Below, piece by piece: positions 19,404-28,870 of a stretch of DNA of 64,000 bases (position 1 is its first letter; each line of letters begins with the position of its first letter). The stretch is taken from positions 1,964 through 65,963 of the forward strand of contig DAOSLF010000008.1 in NCBI GenBank assembly GCA_035368605.1, read 5' to 3'. Made by a program: the position numbers and the translations under genes. The notes beneath the pieces are model-generated. The model saw only the letters and a program-made list of their open reading frames with translations, did not search any database and was not told where the DNA came from. The stretch is from Candidatus Omnitrophota bacterium (GTDB lineage: Bacteria > Omnitrophota > Omnitrophia > Omnitrophales > Aquincolibacteriaceae).

Positions 19404-22046
19404 GATGGATGGCCCGGTTCATGACATCATGAAGGACGTTCATGTACTTTTCAACCTTTTCCCGAGGTCCCTTCATGCTCACCACGCCGACCCGACCTCC
19501 GTTCGCGGCGGGAAGGGAAAAATTGCTGAACGCGATAAATCCGTCCGTATGGACATCGCTCGCGGGAGCGACAAAAAAATCCGCTTTTTTTATGATCGTG
19601 ATCCCGAGCGAGCCGACGAATTCCTGAAGAGGCCGCATCAGGAATTTCGACGTGGCTTCGTAGAGAACCGCCGGCGCCGGCGTATAGGCTTCAAGGAGAG
19701 CGTAGCTTTCGCTCCTTCGCTTCCGCGTGGCGAAAAGCTGGCGGTTGAATTCCTGCTGAAACGCGAAGAAGCCGCGGTCGGGACGGTGTTTATCGAAATA
19801 AATACCGGGCCGTATGAAGATGAACCCGAGCGTCCGGCCGCGATCTCCTGCGGCTCGCAGATCGACGGGGATCGCGAACTTGATATCCTCGAACTCGCGG
19901 TATTGCGCCAACTTCCAGATCAATAGCGCCGCGGATGAAATCACCTGCTTGGCACGGCGGCCAAAGCGCTTGTTAAGCTCATTCCTCACCCGGAGAAACG
20001 GCCGGAAATCAAGGAACTGGTACGCGTGGAAGACGCCGCCGTCGCCCGAGGCCGTCGAACAGCGGTCCGGCACCATTCCCTCGCGATATCCTGAATCCGG
20101 AAACACAAACCCGCTGCGGACACCCCATTGTTTCTTAAGTTCGTTCAGGACCTCCTGGGAAGGGACGCCGTCCACCGGGACGTGACTGAACTGGAACCAA
20201 AGATCAGCCGAGCAAAGATCCGGTGTCATCCGGCATACGATGTTCAGGATTCCCGGTCCGGGATGCTTGGCGTCAAGGAACTGCGGCACCTGAAAACGGC
20301 TGGACGCTCCGATGGCAAGGGCCTGGGGAAGGATCTCAAAACGGACAAAAGCGGCGCTCAATATCCGGCCGCTGAAATCCCTGGCCCGCTCCTTCCATTG
20401 CACCGGAATGGCAGCGGACTTCCGGGAAAACCATTTCTTCCATTCCCGCGCGAGGAGGATCGGCCTTTGCTTGTCCGGCTTATCACCGGTCGCATTGTAG
20501 GCCTGGATGATCCCGTCAAGGAGGAGCGTTTTGAGATCGGCCGGCATCTCTTCAAACCCCTCACCCCCCGTTCCCGGATCGATCAGGGGTTCCAGACGAA
20601 CCAGTTTTCCGGATCCGTCAAAGTCGGCTTTTACGATATCCAGCAGGCCCTTTGGTTCCGCCTTCGCGCAAAACCGCCTCCACGCGAGCCGGTAGTGAAA
20701 CATCGGCTGTGACCGGAGGAACTTCGCGAGTCTTTGGATACAGTGCCGCTTGGCCGCCGCGGGGGACCGATCCCGATGATCCGGTGCGTCCGACCAGAAG
20801 TCGAGATCAAAAACGGCCAACGCGAACTTGGCCTGTTCGGTCCTCAGGTAGGATTCCGTCACCCTGCGCCAGCCGTCCAGTCCTTTTCCCGCCCCGGCTT
20901 TACGAAGCAAACCAAGAATCCTGACGATGGCAAAAAAGAACAGGGTTCCGAAATTCAGCCGGTCCGTGTAGCGATCCATCCGAAATTTACGCATGATGTA
21001 CGGGATGATCCGGGGACCGTGCGCCCGGATGCGAAAGATTCCCCGGGGTTCCACATACCCGTTCTTCCGGTACCAAGCGACCGCTTTCGCGAGCGTTTTG
21101 CGCAGCGGGGTCGCGGGATAACCGAGCTCCCGGACCGCTTTGGAACCGTCATAGGCGCCGGTCTTCAGGCAGAACCTGATGCCCTCGGTCGGCATGAGCG
21201 GTTTTTTCCGGAACGCATAATGCGAAAGGAACTCATCGATATACGTGAAGCAAAAAAGAGCCCAGTAAGGAATCCGGATTCTCGGTGCCCGGACCCCGGA
21301 AACTTGCTCCAGCGCGCGAAAGATCTCTTTAAGGGTCGGATGATCCGGGTTCGCGAGAATGTAACGCTCGCCGATCCTCCCCTGCTTTGCGGCGGCGATA
21401 TGGGCCTGGGCAACGTCATCGGCATCCGCCACGCTCCACCGGGTGTCAAAATACCCCGGATAGCTTTGATTCAGGAATTTGACGATCACATCGCCCGTCG
21501 GGGTGGGCTTGTGATCGCGCTCACCGATCACGATCGCGGGATTCAGGATCACCGCGGGAAGCCCTTTCGCGCAATACTTCAAAACTTCCTGTTCGGCCAA
21601 AAACTTGGAGCGGGCATAATGGCTTGCGCCGCGCTCCCTGAAACCGGCGCTTTCATCCGCGGGTTGCCCGTCGCTTCGCGCGTTGATCGTCGCGATCGTA
21701 CTGGTATGAACAAACTTCCGGACCCCGTACTTCAGAGAGGCCGACAGCATATGGACCGTGCCATCCACGTTGATCCGGTACATGGCTTTGGGGTTTTTGA
21801 TCCAGAAAGGATAAAAGGAGTAAAGGGAGGCGAGATTAAAAACGATCGAACATCCCTGAACGGCCGTTTCAACGGCCTGAAGGCTCGTAACATTGCCATT
21901 CACCACTTCAACATCAAGATGTTCGAGCAGGAGACTGTCCCGACGCTGGCGCACCAGGACCCGGACTTGATATCCGGCGGCGAGCAGATGACGGACAAGG
22001 GTCGAACCGATAAAACCCGTGCCGCCCGTCACCAGAACTTTCATGA
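19384..22046 (-). CDS. bifunctional fusion: N-terminal NAD(P)-dependent epimerase/dehydratase-type (CCR/3beta-HSD-like) reductase + C-terminal HxxxDG acyltransferase (WS/DGAT- or condensation-like)
   Basis: MKVLVTGGTGFIGSTLVRHLLAAGYQVRVLVR Rossmann motif with a YxxxK-type SDR core (YARSK). C-terminal about 430 aa carries FQFSHVPVDGVPS, compared with the HHxxxDG catalytic motif of wax-ester synthase/condensation domains. Start set at the internal Met at 22046; the 37-codon N-terminal extension was judged spurious. Confidence 0.55.
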
Positions 22047-22162
22047 TCTCAAACACCCCCGGAACAGACCGGGGGGCAACTCCGGGATGCCCCCGATCCG
22101 GATTCGCGTGACCGCTATCGTTTCCACGGGACCAAACCCCGGTTGGGAAACGCATCCCGCCA

Positions 22163-23740
22163 CTACGACTTCTCCGCCATTTTACCGATCGCGATGATCT
22201 CCTGATCGATCAGCTGCCGATGCCCCCAGAAAAAGGGCGCCAGGCGGAACCCGTGCTTGTTCGCAAGGCGGAGAATCTCATCCATCTTCTCTTTCGTGAT
22301 ATGTCCCTTCCCCCACGAATAATTCTCATACCGGCCTTCGAGCGCCAGGACCATGGCTTCGGAAAAACAACCGTAGAGCACCCTGCGAGACGGCAGTCCG
22401 ATATCGAATCCCGTATTGAACTCCACGGGAAGTTCGCAAATGCCGCCCGCGAAGATCAGGATGTCGTGACGGTCCGTTTCCGCATAAGCGATGTTCTTGG
22501 GATACCCGACGTCGCACACGATCGCGCCCGGTTTGAAGCTCGAGATCTCCACGATGGATTGCGGCGCGCTTGCGGCGGCGATCACGATATCCGCGTCCTT
22601 CACCGCATCGTTGTTGTCGTGGCTGCCGCGAAACTTCGCACGGCGAACGGCCTTGATGGCCCTCGCCATCTTCTTCAGATTATGCGGACTACGGCTCGTG
22701 ACGGTCACTTCCCTGGTCATCGAGGCAAGCACCCGCGCGCACGCACTGCCAATATCGCCCGCTCCGCCAATGACCGTGACCTTCGCCCTGGCAAGGTCCA
22801 CTCCCATGAGCCCCGCGGCCTTCACCACCCCTTCGACCGCCAGGGCGGCCGTAAGCGTATTGCCGGTCGTCACCGGAATCCGGACCTGTTTGAGGAATGA
22901 CTTCCCGAAGCGTTCTCCGGCGATCGAGGTAAAACCTCCCAGGGCCACGATCCCCAGACCATGACGTTCCGCCACCTTGCAGGAATCGACCACCTTCCGG
23001 ATCACGTTCTCCATATCGAGGGCCAGCATTTCGGGGATGATATTACAGACGATGAAAGCCCCGCGAGTCACCGCACCGCTTTCCGCCCGGAACTCCTTCA
23101 CATCGTACGAAACGTAGGAGGGCATGAGATCGAAGATCTTCGCGAGAAAGCCCTGGGACGGTAATTTAAAATCCGGATTGAAGGACCTGAGATAACTCAC
23201 GAGATGCTGGAAATTGTAGGGATGACCGATCACGCCGAATCCCGATACCGCGCGAAGCGGCCGGGTGCCCGCCTGACCGTAACGGCATTCAATGAGCGCA
23301 TTCTCGAAGGACCGGAGCAGGGTTTCGAAGAACCCGCGGATTTTCTCGGTGACCATTCCCCCGACGATCTGGTCCATAACCGGGATTCCGAGACGGATCG
23401 CCGCTTCCACCGTGATCTCCGTGCTGTCCGATGGCCCTTCCGCCAGGATCCAGCGTCCCTCGAAGCTCTCCAGATCACCTTCCAGTGCCCTGAACCGCAC
23501 GGTAAAACTCCGGTACTCGAAAAAAGCCTCTTCCCGCCATTGGATCGGCAATCCGTCTATCTGGACCTTCCAGGAGGTAACCGAGCGTTTCCGGTCACGG
23601 TCGACGATATGACACTCCTTGATGGCAGGTAACAGGGACGGGAAGTCCTCCACCCGCGTCAGCAGACGAAGAACCTGCCAGCGCTTCGCGGGCAGAACCC
23701 GGCTGATCTTGATAAAAGAACTGCTTTCTGAACCTGACAT
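22163..23740 (-). CDS. fusion of SRPBCC (polyketide-cyclase/START-like lipid-binding) domain with long-chain acyl-ACP reductase (AAR)-like domain
   Basis: N-terminal 150 aa has the SRPBCC pattern. The rest aligns motif-for-motif with cyanobacterial acyl-ACP reductase as recalled from memory: FGVIGH, ALGGFTSI, TTGNT, GGAGDIGSACARVL, DVGYPKNI, CFSEAMVLALEGRYENYSWGKGHITKEKMDEILRLANKHGF. Confidence 0.65.
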   Translation of the reverse strand: MSGSESSSFIKISRVLPAKRWQVLRLLTRVEDFPSLLPAIKECHIVDRDRKRSVTSWKVQIDGLPIQWREEAFFEYRSFTVRFRALEGDLESFEGRWILAEGPSDSTEITVEAAIRLGIPVMDQIVGGMVTEKIRGFFETLLRSFENALIECRYGQAGTRPLRAVSGFGVIGHPYNFQHLVSYLRSFNPDFKLPSQGFLAKIFDLMPSYVSYDVKEFRAESGAVTRGAFIVCNIIPEMLALDMENVIRKVVDSCKVAERHGLGIVALGGFTSIAGERFGKSFLKQVRIPVTTGNTLTAALAVEGVVKAAGLMGVDLARAKVTVIGGAGDIGSACARVLASMTREVTVTSRSPHNLKKMARAIKAVRRAKFRGSHDNNDAVKDADIVIAAASAPQSIVEISSFKPGAIVCDVGYPKNIAYAETDRHDILIFAGGICELPVEFNTGFDIGLPSRRVLYGCFSEAMVLALEGRYENYSWGKGHITKEKMDEILRLANKHGFRLAPFFWGHRQLIDQEIIAIGKMAEKS

Positions 23741-23856
23741 GCTGGCCTCCGGCTTAACCAGTTTTATCGGCCAGAAAACGCGTTTATTAACTTGCGTGCG
23801 GGAAGGAGGGCAGGATGCCGAACACGGTCAGCAATGAAGGCGGATTTTTCCAATAA

Positions 23857-23893
23857 AAAAGCAGCCCCGCCGGCGAAGGCGGGGCTGCTTGTC
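23857..23893 (-). terminator. rho-independent terminator downstream of the CBM-like gene
   Basis: Hairpin GCAGCCCCGCC-ggcgaa-GGCGGGGCTGC with a T-run on the minus strand (ttttttattgg). Confidence 0.55.
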
Positions 23894-23915
23894 AAACGTT
23901 ACTTCGAAACCGCGA

Positions 23916-24521
23916 TTACTGTCTTTCGAGAGAGACCTGATCGATGAAGATGGTCCCTGTCTTGGGGTTCGAGTTGATGTCATCGAACACCACGACGAAC
24001 TCGTTCAGCGAATTCCAGTTCTCGATGCGGCGGAACTTCTCGAAGGGAATGCAGACCTTCTGCCACTGATCGGTGATATCGCTCACGATGTACGGAGATG
24101 CTTTTCCGGACATATCCTTGAGCTCAAGCTTCACGCGCTTCGTGTAGCCGGTCTTCGCATCACCCTTGATAAAGAAACAAAGGGTGTTGTACGGGGTCGC
24201 ATCCTCGCCATTCATTTTCATCCAGAACCCGTTATACGCGGGATTCGGAGAATCAACGTCATAATCCAGACGGATCGAATAGCCCGCCGGATCACCCTTC
24301 GCATCATCCGTCGCGAAGGACATCACCGTGCCCTGGGTATCATCGTTCGGATCCTTGTCCCACCCGCCGAAATCACCGCCGATATTGTTCGGCTTGTCAC
24401 CGGTATCAAAATCAGCGATCACAAGCTCTTCAGCCGCGAACGCCGTCGGGAGAGAAAATCCAAATCCCAGCACCATCAAACAAACTAGGGGCAAAGCAAC
24501 AGCAAGTTTAAACATCTTCAT
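23916..24521 (-). CDS. secreted protein with carbohydrate-binding-module-like beta-sandwich domain (CBM4/9/11-like)
   Basis: Signal peptide MKMFKLAVALPLVCLMVLGFGFSLPTAFA. Trp/Asp-rich beta-sandwich pattern (IADFDTGD...GGWDKD...FFIKGDAK...TIFIDQVSL). AT-rich promoter region upstream. 201 aa. Confidence 0.45.
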   Translation of the reverse strand: MKMFKLAVALPLVCLMVLGFGFSLPTAFAAEELVIADFDTGDKPNNIGGDFGGWDKDPNDDTQGTVMSFATDDAKGDPAGYSIRLDYDVDSPNPAYNGFWMKMNGEDATPYNTLCFFIKGDAKTGYTKRVKLELKDMSGKASPYIVSDITDQWQKVCIPFEKFRRIENWNSLNEFVVVFDDINSNPKTGTIFIDQVSLERQ

Positions 24522-24737
24522 TTTTTGTTGACTCCTTTTCTTGGAAATGTACTTCTGTGGCGAGGGTCGAAAGGAGTATACACGCTTATAAAAGTTTTTA
24601 CAAGAAAAGTCAGTGTTTTTGCAAAAAAAATCAGGCTAGCACTTTCTATCAATCTTATCATTAAATCATTTTAATTTTTTTGCTTTTTGTCTTTTCCCGG
24701 TCAACGCGGAGATATCCGAAGCGTTCACAGAAAAACC

Positions 24738-25034
24738 TCAAATAAATTCAAGGAGGGATTCGGTCAGCTGGGCTACGGGATCGGTGCGGATCAGTTCAAG
24801 CGCGGATTGCAGGCAACTGTCAATCCGGACACGCTCACTACCCACCATGCAAACCGCGAGATCGGCCCGCTGCCATTTATCATGATGACCGGTTTCGGCG
24901 ACTGAAACATTCCATCGCTCTCGAAGCCGGTCTTTCAGGCTCCTCAGAACCATCCTTTTCTCCTTGAGAGAGCCCGAAGAAGGGAGAATGATATGAACCC
25001 TTAGCAGTCCGATGACCGGATCGTGACTGATCAT
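24738..25034 (-). CDS. DUF503 (YlxP-like) family protein
   Basis: 98 aa. LLRVHIILPSSGSLKEKRMVLRSLKDRLRERWNVSVAETGHHDKWQRADLAV matches the DUF503 conserved core. Confidence 0.7.
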   Translation of the reverse strand: MISHDPVIGLLRVHIILPSSGSLKEKRMVLRSLKDRLRERWNVSVAETGHHDKWQRADLAVCMVGSERVRIDSCLQSALELIRTDPVAQLTESLLEFI

Positions 25035-25053
25035 GCGGCATCGCCGGAATGGA

Positions 25054-25653
25054 TTACACCTGAGAAATCGAGTCCGCGACCTCTCTCAGACGCCTGAGCT
25101 TCGAACGATCGTCATCGGACACAACCGAGCGCGAAATCTCGTTCAGGCCATTCTTGATCTCCTCGACCTTGGCCCGGCCGGCCTGGGAATGCTTGATCAG
25201 GGTATTGACATCGTGCGCAAGCTCGTGGAAAAAATCCCCTTCGCGCAACTTGACCTCAGTCACCGTCTCTCCCCGGTTCATTTTCAGAAGCGTCTGCCGG
25301 AGGCGGTGGATGGGACCCGCTACGCGGTGAAGAAAAACGATACCGTAACCACCGATAATGAGAAGCGTCACAATCAAGACAAGGGTGACCCGTATTATGA
25401 CGGCGTAGCTCACATCGGAGAGAATCTGGAGCGGGTTGATCTTGCCGAACTGCAGGCTATGACTCCCGAACGCCGCATCATAGATCGTCTGGTGGATAAA
25501 ATACGCGCAGGTGGCCGAGGCGACCATGAACAGCAGGATCAGCATGAAAGAGAATTCCCGCTGCATCGGCCGGTGGATGATGAAGTTCTTCACCTTCCGC
25601 TTGTACGGACGGTGTCCCTGCGCAGCAGTCTGAACGTTGGCGTTCGTATTCAT
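25054..25653 (-). CDS. small membrane protein with two TM helices and a HAMP domain (no output domain)
   Basis: Two hydrophobic helices (FMLILLFMVASATCAYFI and VTLVLIVTLLIIGGYGIVFL) followed by HRVAGPIHRLRQTLLKMNRGETV...DFFHELAHDVNTLI, a HAMP signature. Immediately downstream of the RND operon. Confidence 0.55.
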   Translation of the reverse strand: MNTNANVQTAAQGHRPYKRKVKNFIIHRPMQREFSFMLILLFMVASATCAYFIHQTIYDAAFGSHSLQFGKINPLQILSDVSYAVIIRVTLVLIVTLLIIGGYGIVFLHRVAGPIHRLRQTLLKMNRGETVTEVKLREGDFFHELAHDVNTLIKHSQAGRAKVEEIKNGLNEISRSVVSDDDRSKLRRLREVADSISQV

Positions 25654-25705
25654 CGTTATGTCTCCTTCCCTGCCCCGGAGGGGCGGTTAGAAATACCGCT
25701 GGATT

Positions 25706-28700
25706 TTATGTGTTTGTGCGGCGTTTATTGAACAAAAAAAAGCTTCCATCCCGGATGGCCGACACCCCCGCCTGGAGCAGATGCGTTATATCATCCACGC
25801 AAAGGACAAAGGCCGGAAGAACGAAAAGGGTCAAAATGGTTGAACTGATCAACCCACCAATAACCGTAATGGCAAGCGGGGCCCAAAGATCGCTCGCCTG
25901 GCCAAAACTCATTGCCATCGGGAGAAATCCGAGAACGGTCGAGGAAGTGGTCATAAAGATCGGCCGCAAACGGTCCATGCCCGCCATCGTCCACTTTTCC
26001 TCTTCGGGCATTGAGGTATCCAGATGCTGGTAGCGATCGACCAAAAGGATCGCCGCGTTCACGACATAACCCGCGAGCAGGATGATCCCGATAAAAACCT
26101 GCGTGCTCAAGGGGCGCGGCTGAGGCAGCCAGGTGATCCACGAGTCAGGTATCCCAAGCAGCTTAAGCGGCCACGTGATCAGCAGCGACCACCGCAGGGC
26201 AAGCCAGACCCCAATCGTTGCCATGGGAACCGTCGCCATGATCAGGGCCGGGAAGCGATAACTCTGGAAAAGGCACGCCATGACCATGAAGATCAGAAAA
26301 ACGGTCACCACGACGGCCAATCCGAGCTCGGATTTGCTCTGCATGAGCTCTTCAAATCCGCCTCCGAATCTCCAGTAGTAGTCGTCCGGAAGTTTTACAT
26401 CCTGGATGGCCTTTTTGACGTCCTTGGCGATGAGCTCGATCGGACGTTTTACGTCCCCCTTCACGAAGACATACCGGTGCTTGTCCTTCCGGTCAATGGT
26501 CTGAGGCCCGGTCGAAGGATAGAAATTCGCGATCTCGCTGATCGGGATCTGCGTGTTCTCCCTCGTTTCGACATAAATCTGTCCCAGATCCTCGAGCTTC
26601 TGCCGGTAGATCGCCTGGAGACGCGTGATCGTTTCGATCTCCTCCCCTTTCGAAAGCTCATGGAACTTCGTCGGCCGCATCCCGCGCACGAGCGCGTGCA
26701 TGCTGTCCGCGACGGATTTCACGGAAAGCCCGTACATCGCGGCCTTCCCCTTGTCCACGACAAGCGAATATTCGGGGCGTTTACGGAGGTCGGTCATCAC
26801 GAGGTTTGACAATCCGTCGACCTTGGACATGCGGTTGGCAAACTCCTTGGCGAGCCTTTCGAGTTCATCGCCGTCCTGCCCGTAGATATTGATGACCAGC
26901 TTCTTCGATTCGGAAGAACCCGCGCCCTCGTCCACGATCAGGCTGTAATCCGGATGGATCTCCTTGATCGCGGCATTCCCCTGTTCGTCGATCAGCTTCA
27001 TGATCTCATCCTTTGAGAATAGCCTCTTCCGCTGGGGTTTGAGACGGACAAAGAGCCGCAGGTCATCTTTCGAAACGGTCGTGGAGAAAAGCGTCACGTC
27101 GGGTATCTTGGAGAGCAGTTCCTCGATTTTCTGCATGGCTTCGTCGTTCGATTCAAGCCGCGCTCCCGCGAGCGGGAATGTGATAACCGCGAACTCGTTT
27201 TCCTCGAAGGAAGACGGCCAGTCGATCGGCGTCTTGGCAATCCCGAAAATCCCGAGGCAACAGGCGACCACCATAATCCCCACCACAAGCCAGCGGGCGC
27301 GGAAGACCCCGTGGAGCGCTCCTTGATAAAGATCTTTCATCTTATGGATGAAGCGATCCGAAAGAGTCTGGGTACGGGCATCGAGCTCGGCCACAGCGAA
27401 CTGCTTTATCAGCATCGGGATCAGCATCAAGGCCGAGAAAAAAGAGGCGATCAGCGCCACGCAGATTGTGAACGCAAAACCTCCGTAGGTCAGCTGAATG
27501 GTCTTGTCGATAAAAACGATCGGCAGAAACACGACCAGCGTTGTCGTCATGGACGCCAAAAGCGGGAGCCAGACCTCTTCGCTTCCGTCACGGATCGCAT
27601 GCGCCGCGGAGGCCCCGCCTTCCCTTTTGGAAAATATGTTCTCCATAATGACCACCGCGGTATCCACCAGGAGACCGACCGCCAGTGAAAGACCGGAAAG
27701 CGTCATCACGTTGATACTGATGCCCGCCGCCGCCATACAGATGAATGTGGCCATGAGAGAGGTAGGGATCACAACAAGGATGATCGCGGAAAGACGCCAG
27801 CGCATGATGTAAAAATAGATCACCCCCATGGTCAGGACCAACCCAATGAGCAGTGCCAGTTTGACATCATCGATCGCCCGTTTGATCGCATCCGCCCGGT
27901 CGTTGACGAAGACGATTTTGATCGAATCCTTGTGATCGGCCTCGAAAGCGTCCAGAACCCGCGTCAGGTCGTCGGCCACATCCAGCGTGTTCGCGAGACT
28001 CGCCTTTTTGACGTAGACCGTAACGTTCTGTTCCAGGTTGAGGCGGGCCTGGTCCGTCGCCTCGAGGTAGGAATCCTTGACCGTCGCGATCTCTTTCAGG
28101 GAAATGATCGATCCCTGTCGCGTCGCTTTCACGCCGAGCTCCCCGATCTCGTCCACGGTCAGGAACGACCCCATGCTCCGGATCGCGTACTCGTATTTTC
28201 CCGTCTCGACGTTCCCGGCGAGGAGATTGATGTTGCTCTGACCGAGTACGTCCATGACGCGCTCCACCGAAATGTTATAGGCCACCAGTTTGTCCCGGTC
28301 GAGTTCGACAAGGATCTTCCGTTCGCGTCCTCCGTAGACCTCGACGCTCGCGACGCCGTCCACGCGGCTCAGGATCGGCTTCAGCTTGATATCCACCATC
28401 TCACGGATCTGTTCGGGCGTCATGGAATCCGAGGTGACTGCGAACACGAGAATGGCCGCCTGCGCGTCGTCATAGTTGGCAATGACCGGCTTTTCGATCT
28501 CCTTCGGGAGAAGTGGCCGCACCCGCGCGAACTTCTCGCGGATTTCGAGCGCCGCGAAGTTCATGTTGGTTCCCGGTTCAAACTCCATCGTCACGCGGGA
28601 TTCGGCCTCGCGGGAACTCGAATAGAGGTTCTTCATTTTACTGACGGTCCCGACGGCTTCCTCGATGGGCTTCGTGATCATTTTCTCAACGTCCTGGGAA

Positions 28701-28867
28701 GGCAGACCGCCGCGGGCGCGGACCACGATGCTGACGATCCCCTGGCTCTGGCCCTGATAAAGCTCCACCTTGAGACGCATCAGGGAGATCATCCCGAGGA
28801 CAAGGACAGCGGCAAAGATGATGGCCGTAAAAACCGGCCGCTTGAGGGAGACGCTCGGGAGGCCCAT
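25706..28867 (-). CDS. RND efflux transporter permease subunit (AcrB/MdtC-like), second of tandem pair
   Basis: 1053 aa, 12-TM HAE-RND architecture with two large periplasmic loops. Conserved TM4 region (AAAGISINVMTLSGLSLAVGLLVD). Confidence 0.9.
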   Translation of the reverse strand: MGLPSVSLKRPVFTAIIFAAVLVLGMISLMRLKVELYQGQSQGIVSIVVRARGGLPSQDVEKMITKPIEEAVGTVSKMKNLYSSSREAESRVTMEFEPGTNMNFAALEIREKFARVRPLLPKEIEKPVIANYDDAQAAILVFAVTSDSMTPEQIREMVDIKLKPILSRVDGVASVEVYGGRERKILVELDRDKLVAYNISVERVMDVLGQSNINLLAGNVETGKYEYAIRSMGSFLTVDEIGELGVKATRQGSIISLKEIATVKDSYLEATDQARLNLEQNVTVYVKKASLANTLDVADDLTRVLDAFEADHKDSIKIVFVNDRADAIKRAIDDVKLALLIGLVLTMGVIYFYIMRWRLSAIILVVIPTSLMATFICMAAAGISINVMTLSGLSLAVGLLVDTAVVIMENIFSKREGGASAAHAIRDGSEEVWLPLLASMTTTLVVFLPIVFIDKTIQLTYGGFAFTICVALIASFFSALMLIPMLIKQFAVAELDARTQTLSDRFIHKMKDLYQGALHGVFRARWLVVGIMVVACCLGIFGIAKTPIDWPSSFEENEFAVITFPLAGARLESNDEAMQKIEELLSKIPDVTLFSTTVSKDDLRLFVRLKPQRKRLFSKDEIMKLIDEQGNAAIKEIHPDYSLIVDEGAGSSESKKLVINIYGQDGDELERLAKEFANRMSKVDGLSNLVMTDLRKRPEYSLVVDKGKAAMYGLSVKSVADSMHALVRGMRPTKFHELSKGEEIETITRLQAIYRQKLEDLGQIYVETRENTQIPISEIANFYPSTGPQTIDRKDKHRYVFVKGDVKRPIELIAKDVKKAIQDVKLPDDYYWRFGGGFEELMQSKSELGLAVVVTVFLIFMVMACLFQSYRFPALIMATVPMATIGVWLALRWSLLITWPLKLLGIPDSWITWLPQPRPLSTQVFIGIILLAGYVVNAAILLVDRYQHLDTSMPEEEKWTMAGMDRLRPIFMTTSSTVLGFLPMAMSFGQASDLWAPLAITVIGGLISSTILTLFVLPAFVLCVDDITHLLQAGVSAIRDGSFFLFNKRRTNT

Positions 28868-28870
28868 GCG

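Noticed and set aside
18279-19424. 381-aa plus-strand ORF
   Set aside because: Antisense to the second histidine kinase. Arg/His/Asp-rich artefact.
20734-22197. 487-aa plus-strand ORF
   Set aside because: Antisense to the reductase-acyltransferase fusion. Arg/Pro-rich artefact.
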